Assembly: GCA_035480035.1 (NCBI GenBank)
Contig: DATIID010000001.1
Location: 137,323 to 201,322, forward strand
Reading direction: 5' to 3'
Source: Candidatus Saccharimonadales bacterium
Lineage (GTDB): Bacteria; Patescibacteriota; Saccharimonadia; Saccharimonadales; OMJO01
DNA: 64,000 nt
Part shown: positions 1 through 9,304 of the stretch, piece after piece
Position numbering within the stretch: position 1 is the stretch's first letter
Layout: each line of letters begins with the position of its first letter
Notes under the pieces: generated by a model
What the model was told of the DNA's origin: nothing
What the model saw: only the letters and a program-made list of their open reading frames with translations
The model's database searches: none
Made by a program: the position numbers and the translations under genes

Positions 1-295
1 TTAGCCGTTGATCGTGTTCATCATAAAATTCTTGCCAGACTTCATGTTTTTGGTTATCCGGCAGTTCATCATAGTACTTGTGCCACGCGGATTGGATTTC
101 GGCCAAAGACTTGCCCGATGCGCTCAATTCATACATAAAACGCTGGTGTTTGCTGCGATGCTTAACGGTCTCCACTTCAGCTAGTTCGGCCCTGGCATTC
201 GGCTCATGGGCGAAGGAGTTATGGATTTTTTGACGGATTAGCTTAACGGCTGGGCTGCTATCGTCATTAGAGTTTTTATGATCTGTGTTTGACAT
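1..295 (-). CDS. hypothetical protein (N-terminal part; ORF runs off the left edge)
   Basis: ATG at 295-293 opens an uninterrupted reverse frame to position 1 (98 codons, MSNTDHKNSNDDSSPAVKLIRQK...). Absent from the ORF track because no stop lies in the window. No family recognised. Confidence 0.35.
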   Translation of the reverse strand, partial: MSNTDHKNSNDDSSPAVKLIRQKIHNSFAHEPNARAELAEVETVKHRSKHQRFMYELSASGKSLAEIQSAWHKYYDELPDNQKHEVWQEFYDEHDQRL

Positions 296-376
296 AAAGC
301 GTTAGCGCTGTATTAACAGAGTTAAGTATAGTACAATAGCGCATGATTACCTATAGATTAACAGAGGTAAATATTT

Positions 377-463
377 GCCGGGGTGGCGGAATTGGTAGAC
401 GCGCTGGACTCAAAATCCAGTGGTAGCAATACCATGCGGGTTCAAGTCCCGCCCCCGGCACCA
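377..463 (+). tRNA. tRNA-Leu (anticodon CAA)
   Basis: Acceptor GCCGGGG/CCCCGGC, anticodon stem CTGGA/TCCAG with loop CT-CAA-AA, long variable arm, T-loop GGTTCAAGTCC, encoded CCA. Confidence 0.9.
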
Positions 464-469
464 ATCTCG

Positions 470-742
470 ATGAGTAATTTTCTAGTCAAAATTGAAGTTT
501 ACCCGAAAGACGGTATGCCTGACCCGAAATCGTCTGATGAACAGCGACGACTCGATATATTATTTCCTGAATCGAGTTCGCGCGATTTAAAAATTCGAAA
601 ATTGATAACATTCGTAATAGAAGCGCCTGAGTCAAACCTTGTTCCAGAAATAGCACTAAACTTATGTAAGGATATTTTAGCCCAACCAGTGCTTGAAGAT
701 TATGACATCACCACCATTGAGCCCTACATTGAATCGTTATAA
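470..742 (+). CDS. purS: PurS-like small protein (FGAM synthase PurS family)
   Basis: The track ORF 383..742 overlaps the tRNA, so I take the in-frame ATG at 470. FLVKIEVYPKDGMPDPK...DLKIRKLITFVIE...LCKDILAQPVLEDYDITTIE lines up with the Bacillus PurS pattern (KVxVxLKxxVLDPQG...VRxGKxxELxxE...MCEKLLANxVIEDY). Confidence 0.5.
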   Translation: MSNFLVKIEVYPKDGMPDPKSSDEQRRLDILFPESSSRDLKIRKLITFVIEAPESNLVPEIALNLCKDILAQPVLEDYDITTIEPYIESL

Positions 743-1518
743 ATGGCAGTCGTCAGAGCCTGGAATGGTTTGGTCGGGTTTTGGAGCCACCAGACGGCTG
801 AACTGGCAGCTGTTTTGACTTGCCAATTATCGCGAACGTCCGGAGTTGTACTTATTTGACCACCGACGGCCACCATTATTTGGTCATAGTGTTTGGTCAT
901 TATATTAATGGGATAGGACTGCGAAAAATCAGCCAATAGGTCAACTAGTCTCAGTAATGGCATGGTATAAGTAATTGGCTGGGGATATTTAAGAGCTTTA
1001 ACTAGCCGTTGTAGCTGCGATAAAGATAATACTAAGGTTACATTACCACGATTGATAAGTGGTGCCGGATTCGATGTCAAATAATCAACAGCATCTTTTG
1101 TCAGAGTAACATGTCCGGCGTGTTTTGACAGAAATTTTTCAATGATAATCGCCGTTTCGCTATTGCGACCTAAATCACCAGCTATCAAGGTACCGTCTGC
1201 CCAGTTGGCTTGATCCAGAAATTCAGACAAGGCCGATTGGGCGAAACTACCGCTAGGTGTATTTGCTGCAAATTCGCTAGCATCTAATACTTTGCCAACT
1301 GTTTTTTTTAGGGCTTGAGGCAATAAAACCCGAACCATGCCGACGCCGGCTTGCTCGGCGACTGTAAAAGCTTCAGCTGGAGCGGCAAAGCCGTATAAAT
1401 TACCTCCAATGATTAATAATTTGCCGGCTTGTCGCTTATTCTCAGGTCGACTCCAAATTAAATCAGAATAAAGCGGTTTATCGGCCGACTGTTTATGCCA
1501 ATATGTATGATCCATCAC
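724..1518 (-). CDS. YjeF C-terminal / carbohydrate-kinase-fold protein (NAD(P)HX dehydratase-like, divergent)
   Basis: LLIIGGN...GVGMVRVLLP...LIAGDLGRNSET...LTKDAVDYL resembles the ribokinase-like YjeF_C fold. The C-terminal GGxGD motif is not evident. Confidence 0.4.
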   Translation of the reverse strand: MMDHTYWHKQSADKPLYSDLIWSRPENKRQAGKLLIIGGNLYGFAAPAEAFTVAEQAGVGMVRVLLPQALKKTVGKVLDASEFAANTPSGSFAQSALSEFLDQANWADGTLIAGDLGRNSETAIIIEKFLSKHAGHVTLTKDAVDYLTSNPAPLINRGNVTLVLSLSQLQRLVKALKYPQPITYTMPLLRLVDLLADFSQSYPINIMTKHYDQIMVAVGGQISTTPDVRDNWQVKTAASSAVWWLQNPTKPFQALTTAIYNDSM

Positions 1519-2209
1519 TGTGTTTCAGTTTATAAACCACGTTTTTACGCTCCACCACAATTGGCCACTTCTGACCCCGCGCATGATCAAACAACTCTCG
1601 TGTTGGGTTAAATGCGATCGGATGCTCGACTATCTCCATCATTGGGATATCACTGCGTGAATCGCCAATGGCATAACTGTCAGTCATTGATAAATCGTGT
1701 TTTTCAACAAACTGTCTTAGGCTGGCTTTTTTATCGTGGCTGGCGACGTCTTTGGTACCAATAAACCGGCCGACTCCTCGGTGGTAATAACTGCCGACCC
1801 AATCATCAAAACCATGTTGTTTAGCAATAATGCCAACCAGTTCGTCGTGTGAACCGGAGATGGCCAATAACCAGTAACCTTCACTCTTGAATTGATAGAC
1901 CAGATCGCGGGTATAGGTGTAAACCTGTTCTTTATATTCATCGGCGACCTCTCGAGCTATTCGATCAAAGACCGACGGTTTTAAGTCATTAAGTGCTTTT
2001 TCATAAAATTTGACCAAAAATTGCTCATAATCCTCAAATGCATCTGGGTGCTCACGTCGTTTCCAAACCATGCGTTGGCCATGGATTTGCTCCTCGGCAT
2101 CAATTCCCAAGTGTCCTTTTTTAGCCAAACGATCAACCACGGCATGGTACAACTGCCAGCGAACCAGAGTCCCGTCGATATCAAACACCGCAAATTTTCG
2201 TTGGCTCAT
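1493..2209 (-). CDS. HAD-superfamily hydrolase, subfamily IB (SerB-like)
   Basis: Motif I FDIDGTL near the N-terminus, motif IV GDSRSDIPM, 238 aa. Confidence 0.7.
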   Translation of the reverse strand: MSQRKFAVFDIDGTLVRWQLYHAVVDRLAKKGHLGIDAEEQIHGQRMVWKRREHPDAFEDYEQFLVKFYEKALNDLKPSVFDRIAREVADEYKEQVYTYTRDLVYQFKSEGYWLLAISGSHDELVGIIAKQHGFDDWVGSYYHRGVGRFIGTKDVASHDKKASLRQFVEKHDLSMTDSYAIGDSRSDIPMMEIVEHPIAFNPTRELFDHARGQKWPIVVERKNVVYKLKHSDGSYILA

Positions 2210-3000
2210 AACGCTAAATCAATACTAATTGGGCAATGGTCAGAACCCATCACGTCTGCGTGAATATCAGCCGCTTTAACCTTGGACTTCAAACTGTCTG
2301 ACACTAAAAAGTAGTCAATTCGCCAGCCGACATTTCGAGCCCTGGCATTTGCCCAGTGGGTCCACCAAGTGTAATGGCCGTTGCCTTGATGAAACATACG
2401 GTAGGTATCAATAAAGCCATGATCGACCATGGCTTGAAAACCAGAGCGCTCTTCATCAGTGAAACCACGTTTACCAATATTTTCCTTTGGTCGGGCTAAA
2501 TCCTCTTCAGTATGGGCGACGTTGAGGTCACCACAGAAAATGACTGGTTTGTTCTGTTCGAGTCGCTGACAATAAGCAATAAAGGCTTTATCCCAAGTCA
2601 CCCTAAGTGGCACACGACTCAGATCGTCCTTAACATTAACTGTATAAACCGTAACAATAAAAAACTTATCGAACTCAACGGTAATTACCCGCCCTTCCTT
2701 GTTGGCGTCGCCATAAGTATCGCCTTCAACATGGTATTTTTGTATTAAATCTGTCGGTAGGCCATTAATTACATTAAGCGGTTTTAGTTTAGTGAAAACG
2801 GCGGTACCACTATAACCTTTTTTCTCAGCTGAGCTCCAATATTCATGATAATCCTTTAGGTCCAACTCGGCTTGACCTTGCATAGCTTTGGTTTCTTGCA
2901 AGCATAAGATGTCCGGCTGGTACTTCTTTATGAAATCCGGAAAAGCGCCTTTATTAACCACGGCACGAATACCATTAACGTTCCACGAATAAATCTTCAT
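2206..3000 (-). CDS. xth: exodeoxyribonuclease III
   Basis: MKIYSWNVNGIRA...LCLQETK...GDLNVAH...SDHCP, the canonical ExoIII/AP-endonuclease motifs. 264 aa. Confidence 0.9.
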   Translation of the reverse strand: MKIYSWNVNGIRAVVNKGAFPDFIKKYQPDILCLQETKAMQGQAELDLKDYHEYWSSAEKKGYSGTAVFTKLKPLNVINGLPTDLIQKYHVEGDTYGDANKEGRVITVEFDKFFIVTVYTVNVKDDLSRVPLRVTWDKAFIAYCQRLEQNKPVIFCGDLNVAHTEEDLARPKENIGKRGFTDEERSGFQAMVDHGFIDTYRMFHQGNGHYTWWTHWANARARNVGWRIDYFLVSDSLKSKVKAADIHADVMGSDHCPISIDLAL

Positions 3001-3038
3001 AACTTAATTATAACTGTTTATAGAGTTTCTTAACAGAT

Positions 3039-3129
3039 TGGCGGAGAGGGAGGGATTCGAACCCTCGATACCCTTGCGGATATACCACCTTTCCAAGGTG
3101 GCGCACTAGACCAACTATGCGACCTCTCC
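3039..3129 (-). tRNA. tRNA-Ser (anticodon GGA)
   Basis: Reverse complement GGAGAGG...CCACC-TT-GGA-AA-GGTGG, long variable arm, GGTTCGAATCC T-loop, CCTCTCC-G-CCA 3' end. Confidence 0.9.
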
Positions 3130-3171
3130 CTGATCAGTAGAAGTATACCTAAAAATACTACATTTAACACC

Positions 3172-3201
3172 TTGCTGCCGATTGCTAAATCGGACTACAA
3201 T
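3172..3201 (+). promoter_or_regulatory. sigma70-like promoter, leaderless-type geometry
   Basis: TTGCTG (3172-3177), N18, TACAAT (3196-3201), then only 8 nt to ATG 3210 with no SD. Confidence 0.45.
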
Positions 3202-3209
3202 ACCATGTA

Positions 3210-4094
3210 ATGCCAATCATTCAACTCAAAGACGTATCCAAACTATACGGCTTCGGCGATGCCACTAACGTGGCACTCGAAGAAATTAACTTGGATGTTA
3301 ACCGAGGTGAGATGGTGGCCGTTATGGGGCCGAGCGGTTCTGGCAAGTCAACTCTGATGAACATTATTGGGTTACTCGACCGACCGACTCATGGTGAATA
3401 TTACCTAAACGGTCGGTCAGTGTCCCGCTTGCGACCCAACCAACAAGCCAAATACCGTCGGGATACCATTGGTTTTGTTTTTCAGTCATTTAACTTGTTA
3501 CCGAAATTAAATGTTTTAGAAAATGTTGCCTTACCGCTGACTTACAAAGGTATCACCCAAACTCGCCGCCTAAAACGAGCCTCGACGATTTTAGAATTGG
3601 TTGGCCTGCGCGACCGTGAATACTATATGCCCAAACAGCTTAGCGGTGGTCAAGCCCAACGGGTAGCTATTGCCCGCGCCTTAGTTAATAATCCTCATCT
3701 GATTATTGCTGATGAACCGACCGGTAATCTGGATAGTGAATCCAGCCGCTTGGTCATGGAGTTGCTCAGTGATATTCACGCTGATGGTAATACGATACTA
3801 ATTGTAACCCATAACCCAGAGGTCACACGGTTTGCTACTAGAGTAGTGTTTATGCGTGACGGCATCGTGGTGGCTGATGAACAATCAGCAATTGGCGAAG
3901 TCCCCAAAATGGTGCGGCGTAACCTTTACTTTCGTCCGCAAACTACGATTGATGATCAGCTTGCTGGTGTATCGAGTCTGATGAAAGCCTTGCCTCAAAA
4001 AGCTAATCCCAAAAAATTGGTTAAAAAACGCAAGCCCAGGTCCAAAAAAGCTACTTATAAACCGCGTGTCAAAAAAGCTAAGGCTCGAAACTAA
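3210..4094 (+). CDS. ABC transporter ATP-binding protein (MacB/LolD type) with Lys-rich C-terminal tail
   Basis: Walker A GPSGSGKST, signature LSGGQAQR, Walker B LIIADEPTGNLD. The tail reads KKLVKKRKPRSKKATYKPRVKKAKARN. Confidence 0.85.
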   Translation: MPIIQLKDVSKLYGFGDATNVALEEINLDVNRGEMVAVMGPSGSGKSTLMNIIGLLDRPTHGEYYLNGRSVSRLRPNQQAKYRRDTIGFVFQSFNLLPKLNVLENVALPLTYKGITQTRRLKRASTILELVGLRDREYYMPKQLSGGQAQRVAIARALVNNPHLIIADEPTGNLDSESSRLVMELLSDIHADGNTILIVTHNPEVTRFATRVVFMRDGIVVADEQSAIGEVPKMVRRNLYFRPQTTIDDQLAGVSSLMKALPQKANPKKLVKKRKPRSKKATYKPRVKKAKARN

Positions 4095-5323
4095 TGCAGT
4101 TTGGCAATAATCTCAAGATGGCGTTATCGTCAATCCGCGGATCGAAATGGCGCAGTGTCCTAACAATGATGGGCATTATCATCGGTGTCGTCAGTGTAGT
4201 CACGACGGTCAGCTTGGGCGAAGGCGTGCGTCAACAAATTGCCGGTCAAATCAAACATGTTGGCCAGGACCTAATTACTATCCGTGCCGGTAAAACAATT
4301 AATCGCGACAATCACGGCAACATTACAAGTGTTAATTTACCGGCCACCTTTGCGACCACTGCACTTTCGGAGGGCGATTATTACATCGTTAAAAGCGTGC
4401 CGGGTGTTAAATTGGTATCACCGTTTGATTTAGTTAACGGTACTGTCACAGTCGACGGTCGGACATTTAATAATGGTTTAGTTATCGCTACTTCTGAGGC
4501 AGTGCCTGAATTACTTAATCAACGTGTGGAATTTGGTGCATTCTTTAGTCCAAGCGATGCTAATCAGTACGTCGCTGTGATTGGCCAGACGGTGGCGCGT
4601 GAACTGTTTCATGAAAACGTACCGCTTGGCAAAATGTTCCAAATGCGCGGCCAAAATTTTGTCGTCGGCGGTATTTTCGAAAGATTCGACAACAGTCCTT
4701 TGGCGCCCAACTCCGACTACAACTCAGCTATCTTTATCCCTTACGCTACTGGCAAGCATTTAACACTTGACCAAACCCAAATTTACCAAATACTAGTCAA
4801 GCCAAATGATCCAAAGCAAACTAACCAAACTGCAAGTGCTATTACGGCCGCCTTAGCTTCCAATCACGGTAATCAAACCGACTTTACAGTCTTAAAGCAA
4901 TCCGAAACTTTAGCCGTGGCCAATAAAGTTTTCGATCTATTGACCAGTTTGATTGCCGGCATTGCCGCCATTTCGTTAATTGTCGGCGGCATTGGCATTA
5001 TGAACATTATGTTTGTGTCTGTAACCGAACGGACCCGTGAAATTGGCGTTCGTAAGGCGGTCGGTGCGACCAACCGTCAACTACTAAACCAATTCATGAT
5101 TGAAGCCGCCGTAATTAGTGTCGTTGGCGGTATCTTAGGTGTATTGGTTTCGATTTTGGTCGATTTCTTAATTCGGATTTTTACCAATCTACAACCAATA
5201 ATTACTGTGCCAATAATGTTTATCGCAGTTGGCATGGCACTAATGATTGGGGTTCTATTTGGCATTGCCCCGGCTGTCAAAGCCTCGCGTAAAGACCCGA
5301 TTGAAGCCTTGCGCTACGAGTAA
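4094..5323 (+). CDS. ABC transporter permease (MacB/FtsX family)
   Basis: N-terminal TM, large periplasmic-type domain, C-terminal FtsX-like region (GIGIMNIMFVSVTERTREIGVRKAVGA). Its ATG overlaps the upstream TAA. Confidence 0.8.
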   Translation: MQFGNNLKMALSSIRGSKWRSVLTMMGIIIGVVSVVTTVSLGEGVRQQIAGQIKHVGQDLITIRAGKTINRDNHGNITSVNLPATFATTALSEGDYYIVKSVPGVKLVSPFDLVNGTVTVDGRTFNNGLVIATSEAVPELLNQRVEFGAFFSPSDANQYVAVIGQTVARELFHENVPLGKMFQMRGQNFVVGGIFERFDNSPLAPNSDYNSAIFIPYATGKHLTLDQTQIYQILVKPNDPKQTNQTASAITAALASNHGNQTDFTVLKQSETLAVANKVFDLLTSLIAGIAAISLIVGGIGIMNIMFVSVTERTREIGVRKAVGATNRQLLNQFMIEAAVISVVGGILGVLVSILVDFLIRIFTNLQPIITVPIMFIAVGMALMIGVLFGIAPAVKASRKDPIEALRYE

Positions 5324-6021
5324 GCCTTAATAACTAATAATTGATCAACTGTCACGAATTGATAACCTTGTCTCTTCAATTCCTCGATAATTAATCTAAC
5401 AGCTTCCACTGTTTGGTGCCGGTTGCCGCCGCGGGCATCAAAACCATCATGAAAGATAATGATTGCACCAGGGCGAACTTTTTTGAGCGTCCGTTTAGCC
5501 ATAATTTTAGCTGAGGGCTGAAAAACTTCTAGTTCATGGCCAAAACGCCCAGATACAATTTGTAAGCCCTTTTGCTTAACGGTGGTCATTAGCATCGGCT
5601 GACGCCAAAGCCATGGCGGTCGGAATAAGGCAGGTGTTTGGCCAATTGTCTTGTTAATCAAGACTTGGGTTTTATCAATTTGATGTCGGTAACTTGGTTC
5701 AATGAAGTAACGACCAAACTGATGCGACCAACCATGGTTACCAATGGTGTGGCCAGTTTGAGCGACTCGTTTTACGATTTCCGGGTAACGCTCAACACAT
5801 TTACCAACCATAAAAAACGTAGCTTTAACTTTTTGTCGGTCCAATATATCAAGCAACGCAGAGGTATAAGGTTCATTGGGCCCATCATCAAAAGTTAAGG
5901 CTACCACTTTTTGCTTGGTTTTAACTTGGTATGGGAAACTGCCGAACACTTGCGAAAATGGTGACATAAACAACCAGTAAATTAGAACTAGCGACACTAC
6001 AATAATAACTAGTAGCAACAT
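5314..6021 (-). CDS. polysaccharide deacetylase (NodB homology domain)
   Basis: ALTFDDGPNEPYT...ATFFMVG...GNHGWSH motifs with an N-terminal TM. Confidence 0.8.
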   Translation of the reverse strand: MLLLVIIVVSLVLIYWLFMSPFSQVFGSFPYQVKTKQKVVALTFDDGPNEPYTSALLDILDRQKVKATFFMVGKCVERYPEIVKRVAQTGHTIGNHGWSHQFGRYFIEPSYRHQIDKTQVLINKTIGQTPALFRPPWLWRQPMLMTTVKQKGLQIVSGRFGHELEVFQPSAKIMAKRTLKKVRPGAIIIFHDGFDARGGNRHQTVEAVRLIIEELKRQGYQFVTVDQLLVIKAYS

Positions 6022-6920
6022 TATGGTTTTTTCTTATCTTTATCAATGGCGCGAGAAGTGTCCTTAATAACTCGAGTTGTCTCGTGCACGACATAATGAC
6101 GGGCGTTATGTTGGGTAATTACTAGCGTCAACAAAAAGCCGATAATTGCCGCATTAAACAAGGATAGAATTTTGGGACTAAAATCGTTTCGAAAATGCGG
6201 TGCTGAACCCAAGATGCGTCGTTTAAAGATGCGATTCAAGTTGTACTCTAAAACGTAATAAATCAAAAATGATACAAAGAAGTTATATATAAAACCGCGA
6301 GCTAAACGGCGCGCTGAGGTCAGAGTTGGGTTGCCGTTGGCGAAAACTACCCGGCCTTGTTTACGCAAGTTGCGTAGTAAGTCCAACTCGTCACCACCTT
6401 GAGTTAGTGTGGTGTTGTAGCCGTGCCAGGCTGATTTTTTAAAGGCAATGTTAGTGGCCGTAGCGTAATAAGTCCGACCGGTGACGCGGTATATCGTGCT
6501 TATCAAGCCAAACAATAAATACGGATAGATTAAACCCCAAATCGGGCCATCACTATAGTGGCATGAGCCAACCACAGCGACAGCATCCTTGTGAATCGAA
6601 AAAGTGCCATCAATTCGTGATAGCCAATCTACTCGAAATTGCGTGTCGGCATCAGTTGAGATAACAATCTCGCCCTGAGCCACTTCTGTACCCCTTTGTC
6701 GAGCGTTACAAACACCTGGGTTTTTTTCTTCCACAACATTAGCTCCCAGACTACGGGCTATTTCGGCCGTCGCGTCCGACGAGTTATTATCAACCACGAT
6801 TATTTCAAAACGGCCGGCGAAGTTTTGACGCTTCAAGGACAATAATGTTTCAGCAATGTATGGCGCTTCGTTGTAGGCCGGGATAACTACACTAAAACGC
6901 GGCAGACTTTTATGCTTCAT
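6021..6920 (-). CDS. glycosyltransferase family 2
   Basis: FSVVIPAYNE...VVDNNSSD...STDADT (DxD-type). The start is probably the MKHK Met at 6920 rather than 6971. Confidence 0.75.
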   Translation of the reverse strand: MKHKSLPRFSVVIPAYNEAPYIAETLLSLKRQNFAGRFEIIVVDNNSSDATAEIARSLGANVVEEKNPGVCNARQRGTEVAQGEIVISTDADTQFRVDWLSRIDGTFSIHKDAVAVVGSCHYSDGPIWGLIYPYLLFGLISTIYRVTGRTYYATATNIAFKKSAWHGYNTTLTQGGDELDLLRNLRKQGRVVFANGNPTLTSARRLARGFIYNFFVSFLIYYVLEYNLNRIFKRRILGSAPHFRNDFSPKILSLFNAAIIGFLLTLVITQHNARHYVVHETTRVIKDTSRAIDKDKKKP

Positions 6921-7037
6921 AGTAGAACTAAGTGTAACAAAAGGCATTATTGTACAAAATACTACATGCAAAGACTTTTGCCTTTTTCGCTTATGCTTTG
7001 TATACTCAAGTTATATTAAAAGATAAGGGTAATAACT

Positions 7038-7241
7038 ATGGCCAAGAAATCATTAACTATTAAAACTTTACGCGAGGCTCAGCGAGTCATTCTAGCGACC
7101 ACCTCACTCCTGGTGACTGGTCTAGTAATTATATTCATTGGTTGGGTAATCGAAGGCAATGCCGGACAACTACTGATTGGCTTTGGCTCAGCCATGCTAT
7201 TAATTAGCGCCATCCTTTATTGGGGCGAAATCCACAAATAA
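7038..7241 (+). CDS. small membrane protein, hypothetical
   Basis: 67 aa with two hydrophobic helices. No family recognised. Confidence 0.3.
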   Translation: MAKKSLTIKTLREAQRVILATTSLLVTGLVIIFIGWVIEGNAGQLLIGFGSAMLLISAILYWGEIHK

Positions 7242-7265
7242 ACAGAAGTTAACATTTAGCTAGCT

Positions 7266-7721
7266 CTATTCAACAATCAAAGTACCAATCATTGATGTAT
7301 TGAGGTGGTTATGATAGCCATGGCTTCCAGTGGTGGTTACGGTTATGGTTTGGCTTTGGCCAGGTTCAATTAAGCCAATGTTTATTTCTGGGTCATCAGT
7401 GTGTACTGGGTGGGGATCAGAATCAAATTGGATTGGCTCGGACGAGTTGTTCTTAACTGTTAGTTTGCCACCCGATTTGATGGTTGTGGTGCTAGGTGAA
7501 AACCCATCGTTGTTATAAGTAATCGTGGCCGCACTAACGGTAGATGAATTATTGGGATTTTGAGTTGTAGTATTTGACGTCGTGTTTGAAGTGGTAGATT
7601 GCTGAGTTGTTGTAGTTGAACTATTTGAACTAGTTTTAGTTTTGTGTTTGCTGTAATACCAAGCGCCACCACCTGCACCCACCAAAATGATTATTACTAC
7701 TACGATTAGACCACTTTTCAT
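7266..7721 (-). CDS. secreted/anchored cupredoxin-like domain protein with S/T/N-rich linker
   Basis: N-terminal TM/signal, a long STN-rich low-complexity linker, and a C-terminal beta-sandwich-like segment (TIKSGGKLTVKNNSSEPIQFDSDPHPVH...PGQSQTITV). AAGGAG RBS lies 5 nt upstream. Confidence 0.45.
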   Translation of the reverse strand: MKSGLIVVVIIILVGAGGGAWYYSKHKTKTSSNSSTTTTQQSTTSNTTSNTTTQNPNNSSTVSAATITYNNDGFSPSTTTIKSGGKLTVKNNSSEPIQFDSDPHPVHTDDPEINIGLIEPGQSQTITVTTTGSHGYHNHLNTSMIGTLIVE

Positions 7722-7783
7722 GATGTCTCCTTAAAGTCTTATTACTGTATTTATATTAACTTAATATTGGCTTAGAACGACAA

Positions 7784-8245
7784 CTAACGATCAAATTTAG
7801 TGGCGGCCTGAGCGGCCCTCTCCTGTTCGTGTTTTTTAAGGTCGGCTCGTTTGTCATAAAGCTTCTTGCCTCGCCCAGCGGCAATCTTTAGTTTGATAAA
7901 ACGACCTTTAGTAATCAGTTCCAGTGGCACAATTGTTAAACCCTGTTGCTTAGCAGTGATCAAGTCGTCAATTTCCTTGCGTTTGGCAAGTAGCTTGCGA
8001 GTTCGAGTTTGGTCCTGATCAACTAATCTGACAGCATTAGTGCCGGTAATTGTGGCATTAATTAGCCATAGTTCATTGTCTTTCACAGTTACATAGGCAC
8101 CCCGCAAATGGCCATGCCCCATTCTTAATGCCTTGACTTCAGCTCCAGTTAGTTCTAAACCGACAATTAAAGAGTCACCCAAATCATAATCATGCCGGGC
8201 GCGTCGATTGAGGATAATCTTAGTTAGGCTAGATTTTTTCTTCAT
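7784..8245 (-). CDS. smpB: SsrA-binding protein SmpB
   Basis: NRRARHDYDL...LTGAEVKALR...TRTRKLLAKRKEI, 153 aa. Confidence 0.9.
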   Translation of the reverse strand: MKKKSSLTKIILNRRARHDYDLGDSLIVGLELTGAEVKALRMGHGHLRGAYVTVKDNELWLINATITGTNAVRLVDQDQTRTRKLLAKRKEIDDLITAKQQGLTIVPLELITKGRFIKLKIAAGRGKKLYDKRADLKKHEQERAAQAATKFDR

Positions 8246-8254
8246 AGCATAACC

Positions 8255-8304
8255 ATTGTACCTCAGAAATACTTATAGACAAAGACATATTAATATAGTA
8301 TAAT
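8255..8304. promoter_or_regulatory. divergent -10 boxes, both leaderless-type
   Basis: Minus strand: TACAAT (8260-8255), 9 nt, ATG 8245. Plus strand: TATAAT (8299-8304), 7 nt, ATG 8312. Confidence 0.4.
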
Positions 8305-8311
8305 AATACTT

Positions 8312-9304
8312 ATGGAATTGCCGAATTATTTTATTGAGGAATCTGATAACCGACTGGAGTCAGCCGGCTTTAACGAGCAAAGACTACCTGATTTCCAAAT
8401 TCCCGAAATTCAACACGCCGATAACGGCCCAAATCAACTAGTGTCTTATCAGGTTTTTGGAGATCGTGGTGCTCCTAACTTGATCGTTGAATCAACCACT
8501 TTCTTTACCTACTTGAAAAATGAACACGAAAGTGTTCGCTTGCTAAGTAAGCGACAAGTACTTGGCCCTAATTTTGCTATTGTGGCAATTGATTCTTATG
8601 ATCCAGCTGAAAAGTTTAGCCACGCTGAACGTAAAGAGATAGCCCATGGCTCATTTGCGCCATTATCACAACGTGAGTTAGCCGTGCTGGATCAGCTAAA
8701 CCCTGGCGCTGACCAAAATATCTACAGTTATGGCTACTCAATGGCTGCTGACGTGGCTGTTCAGTTAGCCAATGACAGTCAATTTAACCCTAATCGAGGC
8801 ACTCATGATATAAAGGCGGTCGGGGCGATTGAAATGGCCCGTTCTGTTGATCGCAGTATGTTAGCGGTTATGGGGGCAATGAATTCATCAGGTAAGCGAT
8901 TACCAGAAAATATCATGGATAGTCGAATGCCGGCATTGGAAGAGGCTTGGGGTATAGATGGTCAAGATAAGTATAAAAAGGCAGTTAAAGGTCAAGTTAA
9001 CTCAAGTGTTATAAAATATATTTTAGCTGGTCCTGCTAACAACATTGCCATGGGTCGTGGTTTTGGTACCGATACCTCAACCCAACAATTAACCGAATTA
9101 CTGATCAATAAATCAATGCCAGTCTTGGTTGGCCGCCAGCGACAGTCGACGGTTTGCCCAAGCGAGGTATTTGATAGATTATCAGACTACACTGATCGGG
9201 CGGATCTAACTCTACTCGAAGAGGATAACGATCACTCAGCTGACGATAATTTACGTCTAGCGGCTGCTAGAATTCTTTACTTTGCTTCTGAAGTTGCGGC
9301 TTGA
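8312..9304 (+). CDS. hypothetical protein, alpha/beta-hydrolase-like
   Basis: Possible nucleophile elbow YGYSMAAD and a late DHSADD His. No confident family. Confidence 0.3.
   Translation: MELPNYFIEESDNRLESAGFNEQRLPDFQIPEIQHADNGPNQLVSYQVFGDRGAPNLIVESTTFFTYLKNEHESVRLLSKRQVLGPNFAIVAIDSYDPAEKFSHAERKEIAHGSFAPLSQRELAVLDQLNPGADQNIYSYGYSMAADVAVQLANDSQFNPNRGTHDIKAVGAIEMARSVDRSMLAVMGAMNSSGKRLPENIMDSRMPALEEAWGIDGQDKYKKAVKGQVNSSVIKYILAGPANNIAMGRGFGTDTSTQQLTELLINKSMPVLVGRQRQSTVCPSEVFDRLSDYTDRADLTLLEEDNDHSADDNLRLAAARILYFASEVAA

Noticed and set aside
383-469. N-terminal 29 codons of track ORF 383..742 (MAELVDALDSKSSGSNTMRVQVPPPAPIS)
   Set aside because: This stretch is the tRNA-Leu gene read as protein. 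The in-frame ATG at 470 gives a PurS-length product.
7480-7650. Apparent repetitive DNA in the 7266..7721 gene
   Set aside because: It is not an exact tandem repeat. It encodes an S/T/N-rich low-complexity linker of a secreted protein.
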